Below, piece by piece: positions 60,595-64,000 of a stretch of DNA of 64,000 bases. Source of the DNA: Mobula hypostoma (taxonomy: Eukaryota); NCBI RefSeq assembly GCF_963921235.1, contig NC_086109.1:19656001-19720000 (forward strand), given 5' to 3'. A model generated the notes under the pieces. That model did not search any database and was not told the DNA's origin. It saw only the letters and a program-made list of their open reading frames with translations. The position numbers and the translations under genes are program-made. Position 1 is the first letter of the stretch. Each line of letters starts with the position of its first letter.

Positions 60595-60700
60595 CCTGAC
60601 TGTTCATTCTCCTCCATGGATGCTGCCTGACCTGCTGAGTTGCTCCAGCATTTTGTGTGTGTGCCTCAAGATTTCCAGCATCTGCAGAACAGCTTGTGTC
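60595..60700 (+). mobile_element. Penelope pLTR fragment
   Basis: gatgctgcctgacctgctgagttgctccagcattttgtgtgtgtg..ccagcatctgcagaa. Confidence 0.65.
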
Positions 60701-61469
60701 CGCCATGCCCCACTGCTCCTTTTCTGCCCCATATCCATACCGTCCGCCACGACCATTTCCTCGAGCAACAAATCCACAACCTAACTCTGCTCAGTATGAA
60801 GACAAGGGGCAGAATATACAGGCACATGACCAAATGGTAAAAAAGTAAAGATGACTGAGTGGAAAATCATGAGTTGGTTGAAGGGCAGGAGTGACATCTG
60901 TAGTGTATTTAATATTTCAGTAATATTGGAAAGATATTGTTTGATTAAGCATTTTTTGTTCGGATAATTCATTATGGGTTATATGTAAGAAGTACATGAA
61001 TGGTATACATCTTTACGCCAGCACATCATAGGTGAGCGCCTTACTAAAGAGAAAATATACAAACTCCTTACAGACAGTGGAGGGAATTGAAGTCCAATCT
61101 TACAGCCCGTGTTGTAAAGTGCTGTGCTAACCACTACACTACCATGCTGCTGTGATATATGGACCACTTCACAAACTTGTGTGGAGTCCTTGCCCACAGG
61201 GACGTTGCTAATCTTCTCCTTATCATTCCAATTTTAGCATATGTGCCGCCGAAGTCTCATTCAATAACCCGAATACTATAATACCCTTACTAGACCAGTG
61301 GCCACAATTATGTTGGATCTGGCACTCGCCATAATTTGCATCGTTTGGCAACCTAAACACGCTGTTCCTTTCCCCTACTGGCCTCCACAGTACTTTGAGA
61401 TAGAGTGAGGTGTCCTCACACATGGGAATGACTGTCCTCTCCGAACTCGGCCCTATGCAGGCTCAACTT

Positions 61470-61768
61470 CTGTAGCTCAGTAGGTAACTACTGCTGCCTC
61501 TGAGTCAGAGAGACGGGAGTTCAAGTTCAATTGTAGAGACCAATATGGAGAAAAATAGGCTGTTGCTCCCAGGGAGTGCTGCGTGTCAGCGGGTCCAGCT
61601 TTCAGATGACATGACAAACTGAGGTCCTATCAATCACTTTGGGCTTAAACGATCTCATGGCACCACTTGAAAGTGAGAAAGGCACGCTCTCCAAGGTCCT
61701 GTGTGAGACTTTCCGACAATACCACTTAAAGAGAAAACCTGGTTATAGAAGATCATCCTCTCTGTTTA
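61470..61768 (+). mobile_element. ancient Deu-domain SINE (tRNA head)
   Basis: gtagctcagtaggtaac..gagttcaagt head; agggagtgctgc, tttcagatgac..aaactgaggtcct, gatctcatggcac. Confidence 0.65.
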
Positions 61769-62289
61769 AAAAAAGTACAGTACAGGATAAGAAAAAACAT
61801 TTTCTAAAATATCACCCCAGGAAAGGGCTAGAGTTTTGAAGGCTGTTTGATAGAGCTTATAATACCAGTTAGTATTCTAATACAACGTAAGAGCTGGTAC
61901 TAATCTGGGGATGCAAAATGAAAAAGTGTGCCCTATGGGGGTGCCAATCACTACAGTATTAATTACAGCACTGAACCTAACAAGCAGAGAGTGGTGTCTT
62001 GCCAGGAATGCAGCAGCTGAGAGACTGGACTTCAATTTTCTTTGCTCTTGCACGTCTCACACTATCCAGATGATCAATTGGACTTGAATTGGTTAGCACA
62101 TTATCAGGAGGTAATTTGAGATCCGGCAGCTAATTAGAAGTTGATGACAACTGCAGAGGAGACTTGCTAAGAAAAATGGTCATATAGCCCATTCAGTCGG
62201 CTAAATATTACAACTAGACCTGAGTGGTTCAAGGGCATAGTTTATGCCCTTATTTAAATGTCTTTTTTAAGCGCTGACAAGGCCAGAAT

Positions 62290-62665
62290 CTCTAAAACCC
62301 CTGAGGAGGAAGTGGTGAGTTACCTTCTTGAACTTCTGTGGTCTTTCTTGAGGTGTTCCTTCAGGGCTGTTGGGGGTAAGATCCTAGAATTTTATCTCAG
62401 GAACTCTGAACGGACATCAATACATTCCATAAAGCTGATGCACAGCTTGAAGGGCCCCTGCAGCCTTGGTTCAGCTTGGTGGTAGATGATTCAGAATTGG
62501 AGGTTGGTGTCAGAGCAGCCTGCAGCCTGGGTGAGTGATTGCCGAGTGTTTTGTAGATGGTACACACTACAGCCACTTTGCATGAGTAAGAAAAGAAATG
62601 AATGTTTTGGGTGGTGGATGGGCTATTCTGCTTTGTCCTTGATGGTGCCAAGATTCCCAACAGTG
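62290..62665 (-). mobile_element. old CR1-group LINE 3' fragment
   Basis: rc reads KVAVVCTIYKTLGNHSPRL. Confidence 0.45.
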
Positions 62666-62852
62666 TTAAAGCTCCATTCGTTCAGGTACCTGCAGCAAAT
62701 TCCATCTCACTCACTCCTGACTTGGCACTTTGGCCAAAGTATGAACCACTAGAAGAAAGACTCGGTTTTGAGAGGTCCATAATCCAAAGGTCAAAGATGA
62801 TCAATTTTCTATTTATATATCCAAAGGTGGATATATAAATTATACCTGTGTA

Positions 62853-64000
62853 CACATTCAGTGCCCACTTTATTAGTTACCTCCTGTACTTAAAGTAGCC
62901 ACTGAGGGCATGTTCATGGTCTTCTGCTGCTGTTTTGATGTGCTGTGCGTTCAGAGACGCTCTTCTGCACACAACTGTTGTGAGGTGAGGTCCTCCATCG
63001 GTCAGAGTTGACCGTGGATATTGCGTCCTAGCTGTTCAGATACACAAGCCTGGTCAGTATGATATGGAGAGCAAGCTGCTACCCATGTAATAAGCTCCCC
63101 CTCTCCACGCATCTGATGAACCCAAAGGAACTGCAGACACCGATGCAGTTTGGTACCAGCAGCGTTGCAGGAGTTGCCAGTCAGCATTGAACTCAACTTA
63201 GGACTGCCTTAGGGACCCCAGCTCCGGATTTTTCCCTTGGGATTTACTCCTGAAGCCTTCCCCATGAGTGGATGTAGCCACAAGGCAGCAGATGTTTGAG
63301 ATCAGTTTTCCTTCTCCTAGATGAACTGCCAACCATGGCTGTCGAGCCCCACCTTACCAAAGCGACAGGTCTTATGGCACCGGTAACCCACCTTTGCCCC
63401 TTCTCCAGTCAGTAGAAATGGTTCTGCCAGGCTTAGTAGCGAAGCCACACAAGAAAGCCAGGAGCTGGGCTTGATTGTCAGAGGCTATTTGAGGCATACG
63501 CCATTGGGAGCATTTAATAGTGGTGGCAGTTTGTCCCCATTACCACCCCCCCCCCGGCTATAACAACCTTAAGAAACCACAACTGTTGTAACATGTGGTT
63601 ATTTGAGTTACAAGTGCCTTCTTGTCAGCTCGAACCAGCCTGACCAAGCTCCTCTGACCTCTCTCATTAACAAGGCACTTTCACTCACAGAAATGCCTCT
63701 CACTGGATGTTTTTATTTTTTGTTTTTCATACCTGTCAACTCTGGAGAATGTTGTGAGTGAAGATCCCAGGAGACCAGCAATTTCTGAGATAATCAAACC
63801 ACCCCATATGGCATCAACAATCATTCCACGGTCAAAGTCACTTAGATCACATTTCTTCCCCATTCTGATGTTTGGTCTGAACAGCAACTGAACCTCTTGA
63901 CCATGTCCAGATGCTTTTATGCATTGAGTTACTGACACATGATTGGCTGAGTAGATATTTGCATTAATGAACAGGAGTACAGGTGTACCTCATAAAGTGG
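62853..64000 (-). mobile_element. non-autonomous Tc1/mariner derivative, copy 3 (runs off window)
   Basis: ORF 63681..63938 MGKKCDLSDFDRGMIVDAIWGGLIISEIAGLLG..TFSRV; TIR-like cattcagtgcccacttttattag. Confidence 0.88.
62982..63577 (-). mobile_element. RTE-derived non-autonomous element with 12-bp TSD
   Basis: cacaactgttgt duplicated at 62970-62981 and 63578-63589; short (cacct)n-like tail; non-coding. Confidence 0.75.

Overview
Eukaryotic, repeat-dominated DNA, either intronic or intergenic. The repeat set (CR1 LINEs, Rex1/Babar LINEs, tRNA-derived V-SINEs, Deu-domain SINEs, Penelope-like elements) points to a cartilaginous fish, probably a batoid ray; this is inference. I found no recognisable host protein-coding exon, RNA gene or CRISPR array, and most long ORFs in the track are decayed transposon frames or their antisense. 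Main points: (1) about 11 copies of a minimal hammerhead-ribozyme motif in Penelope pLTRs, including a composite inverted-plus-tandem locus at 12.5-14.9 kb and several derived hairpins; (2) two independent ~110-bp local templated insertions in which nearby unique DNA was copied into LINE 3' UTRs; (3) an internally deleted Chapaev3-like transposon; (4) several non-autonomous modular retroposons (YY1-motif-headed elements with LINE tails, and RTE-derived modules shared with a CORE-SINE); (5) three Tc1 derivatives whose right end looks like a mini-MITE; (6) a repeat-free block with a perfect RFX X-box. Families were assigned by eye without database searches. Boundaries are approximate unless a TSD or TIR is quoted.
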